Part shown: piece by piece, positions 1-11,685 of the stretch
How the letters are laid out: each line of letters starts with the position of its first letter
How positions within the stretch are numbered: position 1 is the stretch's first letter
Assembly: GCA_000503875.1 (NCBI GenBank)
Contig: CP006913.1
Location: forward strand, 240,001-272,000
DNA: 32,000 nucleotides
Reading direction: 5' to 3'
Origin: Candidatus Saccharimonadota bacterium
Lineage (GTDB): Bacteria; Patescibacteriota; Gracilibacteria; Absconditabacterales; Absconditicoccaceae
Translations under genes and position numbers: made by a program
The notes under the pieces: generated by a model
Seen by the model: only the letters and a program-made list of their open reading frames with translations
Databases searched by the model: none
Told to the model about the DNA's origin: nothing

Positions 1-264
1 AAAAAAGCTGGTTGATCATCCGAAAACCTAAGAGACTCGAATCCAAAATATAGAGGAGTCAAAGTATTTGGAGGACAAACCATATCAGCAGGAAACATCA
101 TAATTAGACAAAAAGGATCTAAATATGAGTGTGGAAAAAACACTTATGCTGGAAAGGATTTTTCTATTCATGCAGCCGTAGATGGGACTGTCTCTTTTTC
201 TAAGAAAAATTTTGAAAGATTCGATGGAAGAAGATATCTCAAAACAGTTGTAAATGTAGAGTAA
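1..264 (+). CDS. rpmA: 50S ribosomal protein L27 (5' end cut by window edge)
   Basis: Frame 1 reads KKAGG(TGA 13-15)SSENLRDSNPKYRGVKVFGGQTISAGNIIIRQKGSKYECGKN...VNVE, with TAA at 262-264. This matches the L27 signature KKAGGS...GG..v.aGnIivRQRGtk. Confidence 0.93.
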
Positions 265-291
265 TTTTAATTTTATTAGTAATTGTAAAAG

Positions 292-522
292 ATGACTATC
301 GGTCCAAAGAAAAAAATATCCAAAACAGCTAGTCGTACAAGACACGCAACGTGGGAAACGATCAATCTTAAAAGAATGACAGCAACCTACCAAGTGGGAA
401 AATGTTCAAACTGTGGAGCAAGAAAACTCGCTCACAGAGTTTGTCCTGTATGTGGATATTACAAAGGGAAACAAGTAATTACTATCAAAGCAAAAGGTGG
501 AGAAAAAGTAATTGATGCCTAA
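292..522 (+). CDS. rpmF: 50S ribosomal protein L32
   Basis: Intact [24 protein letters not shown]...[25 protein letters not shown]. It has the L32 N-terminal basic motif and a CxxC...CxxC zinc ribbon. Confidence 0.9.
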   Translation: MTIGPKKKISKTASRTRHATWETINLKRMTATYQVGKCSNCGARKLAHRVCPVCGYYKGKQVITIKAKGGEKVIDA

Positions 523-581
523 ATTGTTTAAGAAAGTACATATATCAACAATTAATTCTTAACTACTAATAATCACCTTGT

Positions 582-1121
582 ATGAATATAAGAAAAAGAA
601 TTAATGCAAGAAAAGTGGCGCTGTCATATATTTATCAGCACTGCTTTTTTTGAAATCTCTTACATCACAAGTCCGCAATTGATGAATCTTTATTCATCGA
701 TAATATTTTCCAAACACAAACAGAAAAGTTTGCAAAAGAAAAGGATGATTTTCTAGAAAAAATTGAAATATATCATCAATTCCCATTTGAAGAGCATGTG
801 GAAGAATTTGTGGAAACATTCTTTGATGAGTGGACAAAGGAAGATATCGATTTTGATTATTTACTCAAGGTTGTTCCAGCAACATTTACCTTAGAGTCTG
901 AACTTAGAGAAGAAGTAAATAAATATGCACAAACATTTTCTTATGACGACATGGATGTTATTGATAGAGGATTGTTCTTGTTGGGATACGCAGAATGGAA
1001 AGTATTACAAACCCCAAAAGAAGTAATTATCAATGAACTCATAGAATTAGCAAAAAGATATTCAGATGAAGGAGCTCCAAGGCTTCTCAACGGTATTATG
1101 CATAAAATTATAATGAACTAA
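582..1121 (+). CDS. nusB: Transcription antitermination factor NusB
   Basis: ATG at 582, one in-frame TGA (651-653), then the tracked ORF 798..1121. The C-terminus TPKEVIINELIELAKRYSDEGAPRLLNGIMHKI matches the NusB consensus P..VvInEaVElaK.f......kfvNGvL. Confidence 0.85.
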
Positions 1122-1122
1122 A

Positions 1123-1147
1123 GCTTACCGCAAGGTAAGTTTTTTTG
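1123..1147 (+). terminator. Rho-independent terminator after nusB
   Basis: Hairpin gcttacc-gcaa-ggtaagt followed by tttttt, 2 nt after the nusB stop codon. Confidence 0.8.
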
Positions 1148-1205
1148 TTTGCAATAATCTTGCTTTTTACTATACTCAAAGACACATTTTTAGTGAAGAA
1201 AGCGA

Positions 1206-2114
1206 ATGATGATAATAGGAAATCAAGAAGCAAGAAATCGTCTTCAAACTTACTTAGAGCAGCATGCTGTTGCAAGCTCTGGGCAAGTGAGTTTTTTCCT
1301 GTTATATGGGCCTGCCAATATTGGCAAAGCTGCTATCGCACTCGAGCTTGCCCAGTCATATCTATGAATATATGCTCAATGATGACTTTTACATATCAAA
1401 GATATGTCAGCAATTCTCGGTAAAAAACATTCAATAAAAATCGCAGAAAAATCTGAAACAGAGGAATATAAAACATTATATGAAGAGCACCACTACCAAG
1501 ATTTATGAGTCAGAGAAATAAATAATTGGCTACAGCAATCAGCCTTCGGTTGATCAAAAATTCTTCTTATAGAAAATATTGAAAGAATGACTTCTGAAGC
1601 AACCAATGCTTTTCTCAAAGCTTGTGAAGAACCACTTCCAAATAGAGTTATTATCGCTACGACTTCCAATAAATCAAAAATATTGGAAACTATCCTTTCA
1701 AGAGCTATTTCGATTCCATTTTCTCCCTTATCAGAACAAGAAATGGAACAATATATCAAAGAAAAAAATATCCAGATACATTCTCCTGAGGTCAAGGAAT
1801 TGCTTATTATGATGGCAATGGGTAAGCCAGGAACATTAGAAAATTTCGCAGAGCAACTTGCCAAGGACGAAGAGCGACAAAACGATATTCAAAAACTGAT
1901 AAAAATACTTCCTTATCCATGAAAAATCGTAGAAAAATACAAAATCTTTGAAAAATTTAAAGAACAAGGAATTCTGGAACAGTTCTTAGACGGTTGGATT
2001 GCTTATTGTACACATCATCATATTAGTCACACCACCAACCGACTCAAAGTTAAAAGACTTTTCCAAGGAAATATATCAAAAGAAAACGTTATATTGTACG
2101 GCTTATTAGGATAA
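1206..2114 (+). CDS. holB: DNA polymerase III delta' subunit (clamp-loader AAA+)
   Basis: ATGATG at 1206. The frame passes through 6 TGA codons and joins tracked ORF 1587..1922. Motifs: LLYGPANIGKAA (P-loop), SKILLIENIERMTSEATNAFLKACEEP (NALLKtLEEP box) and ILSRA (SRC-like). TAA at 2112-2114. Confidence 0.85.
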
Positions 2115-2140
2115 TATATTTATATATTAATTATCTCATA

Positions 2141-2743
2141 ATGAATAATACAGTAATATATGAAAATTCTTTTAGAACGGATAATTTAATTGTATACGGA
2201 AATTCTGAAGAACTGAAAAAAATATTGTTAGAATTAGAAAAATTGATGTATTGATATAATTATGAAATCAACTTAGGTTTTGTAAAATTACCCGAGTGTT
2301 CTACGATAGCTCTTTGTAAAGATAAGCTAGAAACTATCTTTGTAGCTCAAAATCCGCATAAAGTATGGAGTAATACTGAAGGAAAATATGATTTAGAAGA
2401 AGAAAACAAAGAAATAATTCCAGCTTCAATATGAGAATTTTGGAAAAAATTTGATAACGGATTCAACGATAGAGGAGAATTTAAACAAGGAGAAAGACCA
2501 TCAGTTAATGAAACAGAAGAAAGAGATTGATTGTTACTTAGTGAAGAAAACGAAAAAAAATTATATCAATTGGTAGATCAGTATAAAACAATTGTCTCTT
2601 CTTTTATCTCTCCAGCATCAGAAGTTTATCATTATTTAGGATACAATACTATTCCTTGATATGAAACTCGACGAGGATATAGAATGATAATTGTTAATAA
2701 AGATAGAGATAGTATATTTATTTATTGATCATGATCAGATTAG
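2141..2743 (+). CDS. Hypothetical protein (200 aa), invisible in the standard-code track
   Basis: ATG 2141 to TAG 2741-2743 is open if 7 in-frame TGA codons are read as sense, with no TAA/TAG. Also contains two consecutive CGA codons (YET-CGA-CGA-GY). No recognisable family. Confidence 0.6.
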
Positions 2744-2771
2744 AAATCTTTTATAAAAAAGTTGTTTTATT

Positions 2772-4763
2772 ATGAAAAAAATATTCTTTTTATTAATAGC
2801 AAGTATATGCATATCACCAGCATTCGCAAGCGAATGGAATTTACCTGGTATTGAAATTATTTCTCGTAAAGATCGATGAGCTGATGAATCAATCAGATAT
2901 ACCAAAATGTCCTATGCAGAACGTAAAGCACGATTAAAATCCAAAACAGAAGAGGAAATGAAAACATTGGAAGAGACAGATTTTGATGAATTTTTTGAAA
3001 AACAAAAAGCAGAATATGAACAAACAATGAGAAATGATTATTTACAATCAAATTTTCCAGAAGAACAAAAAGTTAATGATGTGGTTTATCAACTGGGAAA
3101 GAATTATCTCAAATGGCCACAAAGTTATCATTATGAAAAAAATAAAATTATAGTCCATCATACAGCTGGCGATACTTCATCATTTACTGGAAAAGAAAGT
3201 GTAATAGCATATCTAAAAGATGTTTATAAATTTCATACTATTACGAGAGGTTGGTGAGATATTGGTTATAATTTTTTGATTGATTCATACGGAAATATTT
3301 ATGAAGGAAGAGCTGGTGGTGATAATGTTATTTGAGCACATACTAATTGGAATAATACCCCAAGTGTAGGAATTTCTTTGATGGGAAATTTTGATATTCA
3401 AAAACCAACTCAAGAACAAATCAAAAGTTTGATTTCTCTGATTACTGCATTGAGTAAAAAATACAATATAGATCCTACTGCAAAAGCTGAATATCATAAA
3501 GTACTTACAGATATTCCTTATATGAAATCAGTTGAAGCTGGAACCGTTGCAGGTCATAGAGATGCAGGAGTAACATCTTGTCCAGGGAAAAATTTATATT
3601 CACTTCTTCCTGAAATAAAAACAATGGTAGTGAATACTATGGCAAAAGGAGTTTTGGTTAGTTCTTCTGAAATAATGAAGAGTATTCCAACGGCAAAAAC
3701 CAGCAAAACAGCCACAAAAAATACAGCAAAAGGATTGGATAATTTAAAAAAACGACAAGCAGCATATGATAAAATTTCACTAGCTCTTCAAAATACCTAT
3801 ATCAAAAAACATGGTACAAAAAAAGCAACAGTTTCTTCCAATAAAATTGCTTTTAAAATAAATAAAGATGAAGCTAAAAAATTATTGGATTCTGATATTT
3901 CCGTGTTATTATATGAATTATCAACAGCATTTATGCAACGGGATATTTCTTGTTCATCTACTTGTTTTTTTGTTACTCCATCATGAACTTACAAAGGAAC
4001 TTCAGCCAATATAGAAGTAGCCGAAGGTGGTTTACTTTTGCAGGTGGGATGAGAAAAATATACGGAGGAATCTATTAAAATTCAAGCAAAAGGAAACGAT
4101 CTTATCGAAATAAAAAATTATCCAAGAGTTTCTTATTTTAAAATACCTTGGAATACTTTTTATGGAAGTCTAACTTTTGAAAAATGACAACTTAAAAATC
4201 TCAAAACAGGAAAATTTGAAAAACAATATACTATAGTTAATACCTTATCTTTCCATAAATATCTCAAAGGAATTGTAGAAACAAATGATTCTGAAGATGC
4301 TGAAAAAATCAAAACAATGAATTTGATTTCAAAAGGATATGCATTATTTTATAAAAACTCGAAAAACAAACATCCATCAATTCCTGATGGTGCAAAATAT
4401 ACTGCTATAGATAGTCCAGAAATGTTTCAAAAATATGTAGGAGCTGGAGTAGAAAAAACATTAAAGACAGTACCTGCATTAGTAGATGAACAAAAAACTG
4501 AAGTCATTTTTTATGATAATTATCTTCCTATTTTACCATATTTTAATTGTTCACCAGGATTTACTCGATCAGCAAAAGATAAACGAGGATGGTCAGATAC
4601 GCCATATCTAGTATCGAGAATTGATATGGAAAAATGTACTGATTTTAATGGACATGGAGTATGACTCAGTGGAAAAGGAGCTCAATATTTTGCTAAACAA
4701 GGATGGACATATAAAGAGATTTTAGAATACTACTATCCAGGAATACAAATTTTAACATTGTAA
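2772..4763 (+). CDS. Secreted peptidoglycan hydrolase fusion: N-acetylmuramoyl-L-alanine amidase (PGRP/Amidase_2) plus SpoIID/LytB domain
   Basis: Signal peptide MKKIFFLLIASICISPAFA. Amidase motifs are ISRKD-W(CGA)-G(TGA)-ADES, HHTAG, GW-G(TGA)-DIGYNFLID and GHRD...TSCPG. C-terminal GHGV-G(TGA)-LSGKGAQYFAKQGWTYKEILEYYYPG is the SpoIID signature. It joins tracked ORFs 2907, 3378 and 4317, all in one frame. Confidence 0.88.
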
Positions 4764-4848
4764 TATGTAAGGAGGCGTTGTTTATGCGGCGTCTTTTTAT
4801 GTATATAGAACTGCCAATAAAAAGTTTTTATTATTAATAGATAATATT

Positions 4849-5712
4849 ATGAATTCGGTACTCTCTAAGCTGTTTATATGATCAAAACGTGAAGCGTTTG
4901 AAAATATTATGCATGCTTATCATCGTAAGGGATATGCAATAGTACATTATTTATATTTTGCAAATATTACAGGAAAAAAACTTTTTGATAATTATACTGT
5001 TTCGTTTGAAAAGGAGCAATTCAAAGAAGCATTAAAAGATGATTATAAAATTCTTTCAAAAGCTGTTATTTCTACAGCATATAAGCAAGCCTTATTGGAT
5101 GGGGATCTAGTTCTTCCTGATTGAATAGCATTACAAATCTTTTATCGAATGGCTTGGAAATTAAAAAAGCTAACAACCAAAAGACCTCGATTGGAAAATT
5201 TAAATGGAACAGATTTTACTATAGAATTTTTAGATTGGCTTTATGCTTCTGCAAATCCTGATAGTGTGCAATTAGTACTTTATGGAACTTATCCAGGTAT
5301 TTTAGAAAAAACAAAAAGTTTTCTTACCGAGAAAGGATATTATATTGCATATTCACAAGATTGATATACTAACTTTGATTGGGATCAACTTGATGAAATT
5401 ATGAAAAAAAACAAAAGAAAACATACTATTCTTATTATAGCAAGAACAACTCCAGAATATCCTATCCAAGAAATTTGGTCATGGAGTAATAAAGAAAAAA
5501 TTAAACAACGTAAATTAATTGTTTTTACTCAATGAGGAACTTTTGATTTTTGGGCAGGTATTCAAAAGAGAGCACCAAGGCTATGGAGAACTTATAAGTT
5601 AGAATGGTTATGGAGGTTAATTACCAATCCCAAAAGGAATTATAAAAAAGTTCTTGATTCAATTCTTATTATAAAGTACATTTTCTCTTATTTACTATTG
5701 AAAAACAAATAA
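4849..5712 (+). CDS. tagA: WecB/TagA/CpsF-family glycosyltransferase
   Basis: One frame joins ORFs 4909 and 5149 through TGA codons. Motifs: LPD-G(TGA)-IAL, NGTDF, P.QEIW, FTQ-G(TGA)-GTFDFWAGIQKRAPRLWRTYKLEWLWRLITNPKR (the family's vGg.fDf.aG...RAP.w....glEWlyRl..eP.R). Confidence 0.85.
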
Positions 5713-5722
5713 ATTTTTGTAC

Positions 5723-5755
5723 AACCACGATAAGAGATTTTCTTGTGGTTTTTTC
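5723..5755 (+). terminator. Rho-independent terminator after the tagA-like gene
   Basis: aaccac...gtggtt stem followed by tttt. Confidence 0.65.
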
Positions 5756-5784
5756 GTTGTTTTAATAGTAAACTTTTCTTACAT

Positions 5785-7851
5785 ATGCATGTTCTAGAAG
5801 AAAAGAAAATATATCAAGATACAGAAAGGTATATTGATACCCAACAACATTTACGTGATGGTATTCAATTTTCTTTGGTAGTAGAATTTCAATCAGAAAA
5901 ATTTGTAGAATATCAAAAAGATTTGCTTCAAGAATTTGTGGCAGATTTTGTAGATGGAATCACAGACACTGAAGAGCATGATAATGATGCAGTGAGAGCA
6001 AAATGTGAAACAGCACTTCAGGAATTAAATACAAAACTCAAAGCTTTTGCAGATAAAGTTCGTGATATAGAATATTTTCCTATCAAAGGATATATGCAAA
6101 TTATTCTTGGGACTACACTTATTTCTTCTATGATAGGAAATGCAACGGTTATGATTTTAAGAGATCGTAAAATTTATTATACGTTAACAAACTCTACAAA
6201 AGTAAAAGGAAAAATAGATTTGTTTTCTGAATTTATTGAAGGAGATTTAGAAAGTGGCGATGAGGTTATCTATATAGGAACAAGAATAACAGATGTTTTG
6301 GATGCATATGATGTAAAAGATATCGAACAAATCCTTCAATCAGAAGAATGAAGTATTATTGGATTTATGGATGAAGTATTAACATCAAGAATAGAAAAAG
6401 AAAATTTGGGATTTTTGATGGGATATACAATTCAATGAATGACAAGGAAATCACATATGAGCAAAAAAATATCACTAGATAATTTAACATCTAAATTTTG
6501 ATTTATTCAAGAATGGAAAGAAAAGTTTTTCAAAAATAAATATCAAGTAACTGTTGGTATACTCAGTCTATTTATAGCATTTATGCTCTATAGCTTAGTT
6601 ACCCAATTGCTCAAAAAACCACAAGGAGAAATATATATAAATCCTCAAGGAGTTACCGTTGATCTTACTATAGATGATATCAAAAAAGATATCGTATTGT
6701 TCAAATCTATGGATCCAACAGGTGATGAAAAAGCAATGAAATACCAGGAAATAGTTAATAAAATTACTATTTTAGAAAAAAGAGGAAGATGGATAGAAGA
6801 TCTTCAACAATTACAAAAAATTCTCAAAGCTGATTATTATAAAGGATTCAATATCATAACAGTAAATAATCTTTCTCAATTTGACGATCCAGTATTGGGA
6901 AGAAAAACAACATTGATGTCGTTCAATACAAGTGAAAAGTCTACACTCTGAGAATTAAGCAAAATAGAATATGCAAAAGATATTCTTATCGCATGATCAA
7001 AAGCAGCGTTGTTAGGTGTGGTCAACGAAAATAGTAGGGGATCATTAGTAAGTTATAATATTGATGATACAATAGAAAATTGTAGTTTAAATCTTTTGAG
7101 AAATGGGTTCTATTGTTATACTACAAACGGTAAAATTTACGTAATAGCTAGATCAGGAATAGAGTCAGTTACTACTGCAGATCCAGATGGATTTCCTATG
7201 TCAATATGAGGTATTGGAACGTATGGAAAATCAAATATGTATGTTTTTGCCAAAAATGTTACTAATTTAGCAGATAGTACATTGGTAGTAAGATACCGCA
7301 ATACATTATGATCTCAATCAATATACCAACAAGGACAAAAATATATGATGACTCCAGATGTAGCTACATGATTAAATTTTGGATCAGGATTTTCAACATT
7401 CACTATTGATGTAAATTTTCTATGATGGTCTCAGTGAAAGCTATATCAATTTCGAAGAAATCCAGCAACATCATTTAATCTAGCTTATCGTGAAATTAAA
7501 TTGTTGGGTGGTGATACAAAAACTATGAAATTATCTGATGATGTAAAAATCGTTACACCTTCAAATTCAAGATATGTATATTTGTTTGATAGAGTTAACC
7601 AAACATTTATGGTATACGAATCTCGTCCACTCAAAACAAATGATCAATATGCAACAAGTTATAATCTTTATTATTTGTTTAGTTTCGCTTTTGATCTAGG
7701 AAATAATAAAGTAGTAGATGTTACTATTCCAGATGAATTGTGAAATAGACCAGAATTATATGTATTGACTCAAGCTGGTATCAATAAAATTCAACTTCAT
7801 GAATTTGTTGATAGTATCAAAAACAATAACGTATTGAAACAAGTTAATTAA
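5785..7851 (+). CDS. Hypothetical single-pass membrane protein (688 aa)
   Basis: ATG 5785. One frame joins ORFs 5743, 6583, 7009 and 7501 through about 13 TGA codons, ending at TAA 7849-7851. A central TM segment (VTVGILSLFIAFMLYSLVTQLL) separates a roughly 230-aa N-terminal domain from a roughly 440-aa C-terminal domain. The N-terminal region faintly resembles a degenerate PP2C/SpoIIE fold (weak). Confidence 0.7.
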
Positions 7852-7869
7852 TATATTGATTTCTTCAAG

Positions 7870-7897
7870 AAGAGTGTCTCCGGGCACTCTTTTTTTA
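7870..7897 (+). terminator. Rho-independent terminator
   Basis: aagagtg-tctccggg-cactctt followed by ttttttt. Confidence 0.8.
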
Positions 7898-7901
7898 TTG
7901 C

Positions 7902-7931
7902 TTGACTTGTAAAATCAATACAAATTATTAT
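7902..7931 (+). promoter_or_regulatory. Putative sigma70-like promoter of alaS
   Basis: TTGACT (7902-7907), a 17-18 nt spacer, then an A/T-rich -10 (TTATTA/TATTAT). Confidence 0.35.
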
Positions 7932-7983
7932 ATATACGCCAAGAAAAAATCAGACTCTTTTATTTTATGTGAATTATTTTTGT

Positions 7984-9564
7984 ATGAAAACAATATCTTC
8001 ACAAGAACTTAGAAATCTACGAAATACATTTTGGGAATCTAAACAACACAAATATCTTAGCGAAGTTTCTCTTATTGCGGATAAGGAAAGTACAGCGATG
8101 TTTAATGTGGCGGGGATGCAACAATTGATTCCATATCTTATGGGTAAACCTCATGATCTAGGAAAGAGAGTATTTAATATTCAAAGATGTATTAGAACTG
8201 TTGATATAGATGAAGTAGGGGATGCTTCGCACCTGACATTTTTTGAAATGATGGGAAATCGATCACTCGGAGATTATTTCAAAAAAGAAGCAGTAGAACG
8301 AAGCCGAGAGTTTTTGACGAGCAAAGATTATTTAGCGATAGATCCAAAAAAGCTTGCAGTAACCGTATTTCAAGGAGATGAACATACACCAAAAGATGAA
8401 GAGACAGCGTCATATTGGAAGAATGTAGGTATGACCGAAGATAAAATTTCATATTTACCAGCAAAACATAATCGATGGAGCCCAGGACCAGTTTGACCAT
8501 GTGGCCCAGATACAGAAATATTTTATCGAGTAGGTGCGGGAGATTTGCCCCCTGTAGGAAGCAATGTAGAAAACGATGAAGATAACTGGATGGAAATTTG
8601 GAATAATGTATTTATGGAATTTTATCGTGATGAATCAGGTACGCTTACCAAATTGAAACAACAAAACGTAGATACCGGAATGGGATTTGAAAGAATGTGT
8701 AAAACATTGCAAAACAAAGAAACAGTTTACGAAAGTGATTTGTTTCAACCAATTATTGATGCTATTGCGATTTATACAAAACTTGCTTACAAAGATTATC
8801 AAAGAAGAATGAGAATTGTGGCGGATCATCTTAGAACTGCAATAGTTCTTATCAATGATGGAGGTTTTCCATCCAATGTAGGAGCTGGATATGTACTTAG
8901 AATGATTATTAGAAGAATGTATTATAATTTGATTTTGCTCAACGATTCGGTTAGTGATGGCTATGAATCATTATTTGACGAAATTATTGCTTTTGTAGGA
9001 ACTCAACGCAAACTTACAAATTCTTCTGCGATTTTCAAAGTGATCAAAGATGAACTCGCTCAATTCAAAAAAACGATAGCAAACGGAAATAAATTATTGC
9101 AACAGATGATAGATAAACATCCAGCTCAACTAGCAGGTAAAGATATATTTATGCTCTACGATACCTATGGATTCCCTGTTGAGCTTACCAGAGAAATTGC
9201 CAGTGAAAAAGGAATCAAACTTGACGAAACCGGCTTCCAGAAATCACTAGAAGAAGCTCGCGAGAAATCTCGTCAATGAACCAAAGAGATGTTTAAGAAA
9301 GGAACTGATTGGTCAAAATATTTAGATGGAGTAAAACCAACCAAATTTATTGGTTATGATCAAACAAATTCAGAGTCTCAGAAACTTATCAAAGATTTTG
9401 AGGTAGACGGACAAAGAGTTTTAATCTTTGATCAAACGCCTTTCTATGCAGAATCCTGAGGTCAAACCTGAGACAAAGGAAAAATTATTTTAGATGATGG
9501 AACTGAAGTAGAAGTAATTGATGTAAAAAAATATGAAGGAGTGTTTTTGCACTTGGTGAAATAA
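7984..9564 (+). CDS. alaS: Alanine--tRNA ligase, C-terminally short form (526 aa; no editing or C-Ala domain)
   Basis: Motifs: FFEMMGN-W(CGA)-SLGDYFKK, AVE-CGA-S-W(CGA)-EFLT, HN-CGA-WSPGPV-G(TGA)-PCGPDTEIFY, VDTGMGFERM, ADHLR, TPFYAES-G(TGA)-GQT-G(TGA)-DKG. The frame ends at TAA 9562-9564, inside the beta-barrel that precedes the editing core, and is followed by a strong terminator. Confidence 0.9.
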
Positions 9565-9593
9565 TTTATTGAAAAGAATATATTTTAATCTAT

Positions 9594-9621
9594 AAGCCCG
9601 CTGTGAAGCGCGGCTTTTTTA
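9594..9621 (+). terminator. Rho-independent terminator after alaS
   Basis: aagcccgc-tgtgaa-gcgcggctt (G+C-rich stem, one bulge) followed by tttttt. Confidence 0.8.
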
Positions 9622-9734
9622 TTAAATAGTTTTATATTTAATACTAATTATATCATAAAATAATCACTTGTAAATAATATTTTTAAGGATATGATTAACT
9701 CATAACGACGTGTTCTTTTTAATAAATAACCAAT

Positions 9735-11678
9735 ATGATCATGAAATTCTTTTCTAAATTTTCAATTTTTGGCTTGTTGGTTGTTTTTACTTTCTTTAGT
9801 TTTAGATTTGTCTCGGCCGCAACGACCCCATCTTTTGGTATGGCTGCGAGTTATGGTGTCCTTTCAAGTACGTACACCAATACATCAGTAACAACCATTA
9901 ATGGAGACGTAGGATTTACTACTGCACCAGCGGTTGCTCCATTGGGTATACATCCAAATTATTGAGTAGCTGCTCCCTATCCTCAAGCAGGTATAGATCA
10001 AGCTACTGCTTTAGTAGCATTATCAGCGCCTGCTCAACCATGTACATTTACATTTCCAGCTGGGGCAATAAATCTTGCTACAGATGTTACTCACGGAACC
10101 ATTTGAATATATGAACCTGGTGTATATTGTAGTTTGGGTGCAATGACAGTTGGTTGACCAATTAATCTCGACGGTGCAGGAACATATATTTTCAGATCAT
10201 TTCCAGCCGCACTTAACACGACAGTAGGTTCAGTTATTTCATTGAGCAACGGTGCATCAGCTTGTGATGTTTTTTGGATTTCAACAAATACAACACTTGC
10301 TGCAACCACAACATTTGTAGGAACAGTTATAGATAATTCTTTTATCACTGTGGGTGCAAATACTACGTGGTTGGGAAGAGCTTTATCATTTGGTTGAACA
10401 GTTACTACAGATACAGACACCATTACTGTACCAAATTGTGCCCCAGCTACCTTACATATTGTCAAACAAGTAATAAACGATAATGGAGGACTAGCAATTG
10501 CAAACGCATTCAATCTTCATGTTAGACGTGCAGGAATTGATGTTGTGGGAAGTCCAGCATTGGGAGCTGGATTACCAGGAACTTCATATACATTAAATCC
10601 AGGAACCTATGTAATAAGTGAAGATGCAAATCCAGCTTATGCACAAAGTTTTGCATGAGATTGTAATATATGAGGAAGTATTACGCTTGCTCCAGGTGAT
10701 GATAGAACATGTACAGTAACTAATAATGATATAGCAACACCATCAGGTGGTGGAGGATGATGAGTAACATTTCCAATAGATACTTGTCCAAATTGAGATG
10801 ATTCGCCAAGTTACTATGATTGAATATGTGTTTTATCTCCAACGATAGTCCATTCTTGAGTTGTTGTTCCTTTAATTGGTATTACAAAAGTACCAAGTCC
10901 ATTAGCTTTACCAGCATGATCAGGTTCAGTTATTTACAATTATACTGTTTGGAATGTAGGAGGAAAAATAGCACTAACTAATATTACTTTAAAAGACGAT
11001 AAATGTACTTCAATAAAATTTATTTCAGGTGATACAAATAATAATAAAAAAATTGATATAAACGAAAAATGGAAATATACATGTACAACAAACCTTTTGA
11101 AAACTACTACAAATACAGCAATTGCAAAAGGATATAGCGATGATAGTTATAATCAAGTATCTGTTGCTACCGCAATCGCAACAGTTGTTGTTGGCGCAGA
11201 TTTACCAGCACCACTTATTGATATTGTAAAAATACCTAGTCGTTTAACTCCATTTCCATTTGGAGGGGGAGATGTTGATTATACATATATTGTAACGAAT
11301 CCAGGTATTGTTTATATAAGTGATGTTACGGTTACCGATAATAAATGTAATCCAGTTTCTATTATTTGAGGAGATAACAATCGTAATCATCTTCTTGATG
11401 TTGATGAAACATGGACATACACGTGCAAAACAAAAGTTTCTGTTTCAACAAGAAATATCGCTACAGCAAAGGGTATTGCAAATTGATTTGCGGCTGTAGA
11501 TTATGCTTTTGCTGACGTACTTGTTTTTGTTCCTGGATTTCCAAAAACATGAGCAACAATTTATCAAAATCATACATTTAGAAATATATTAATAGTGTTT
11601 GGTATTCTATTAATTTCGACAGGATTTATGGTGATATCTAAAAGACGTAATATTCAATCAAACGATTTATCAAAATAG
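9735..11678 (+). CDS. Sortase-anchored surface protein: DUF3494 (ice-binding-like) domain, prealbumin/Cna-B-like domain, 2x DUF11-type repeats, FPKTG sorting signal
   Basis: Signal peptide MIMKFFSKFSIFGLLVVFTFFSFRFVSA. AASYGVLSSTYTNTSVTTINGDVGFTTAP is the DUF3494 N-terminal signature. ATLHIVKQVINDNGG...PGTYVISE...CTVTNND is the prealbumin-like fold. The C-terminus is FPKT-G(TGA 11550-11552), then a hydrophobic stretch, then KRR. About 17 in-frame TGA codons; TAG at 11676-11678. Confidence 0.82.
10860..11525 (+). repeat. Two tandem DUF11-like domain repeats inside the adhesin (protein level)
   Basis: Repeat 1 is ITKVPSP..GSVIYNYTVWNVGG..LTNITLKDDKCTSIKFISGDTNNNKKIDINEKWKYTCTT. Repeat 2 is IVKIPSR..GDVDYTYIVTNPG..ISDVTVTDNKCNPVSIIGGDNNRNHLLDVDETWTYTCKT. 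Confidence 0.75.
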
Positions 11679-11685
11679 TAATACG

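Noticed and set aside
1145-1423. Tracked 92-aa ORF upstream of holB.
   Set aside because: It is out of frame with the holB reading frame, which carries the P-loop (GPANIGKA) across the same nucleotides. It also starts inside the nusB terminator T-run.
4764-4848. Possible terminator (aggcg...cgtct then ttttt) after the amidase-SpoIID gene.
   Set aside because: The stem needs wobble pairs and a long loop, which is not convincing.
10091-10513. A 140-aa minus-strand ORF, plus similar antisense ORFs at 85-393, 1493-1864, 8279-8500, 8635-8829, 16156-16365, 17189-17518, 17707-17907, 18482-18843, 19544-19816 and 20128-20313.
   Set aside because: These are shadow ORFs opposite strongly supported genes (adhesin, holB, alaS, tpiA, ALDH, fusA). 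Their low-complexity sequences have no motifs.
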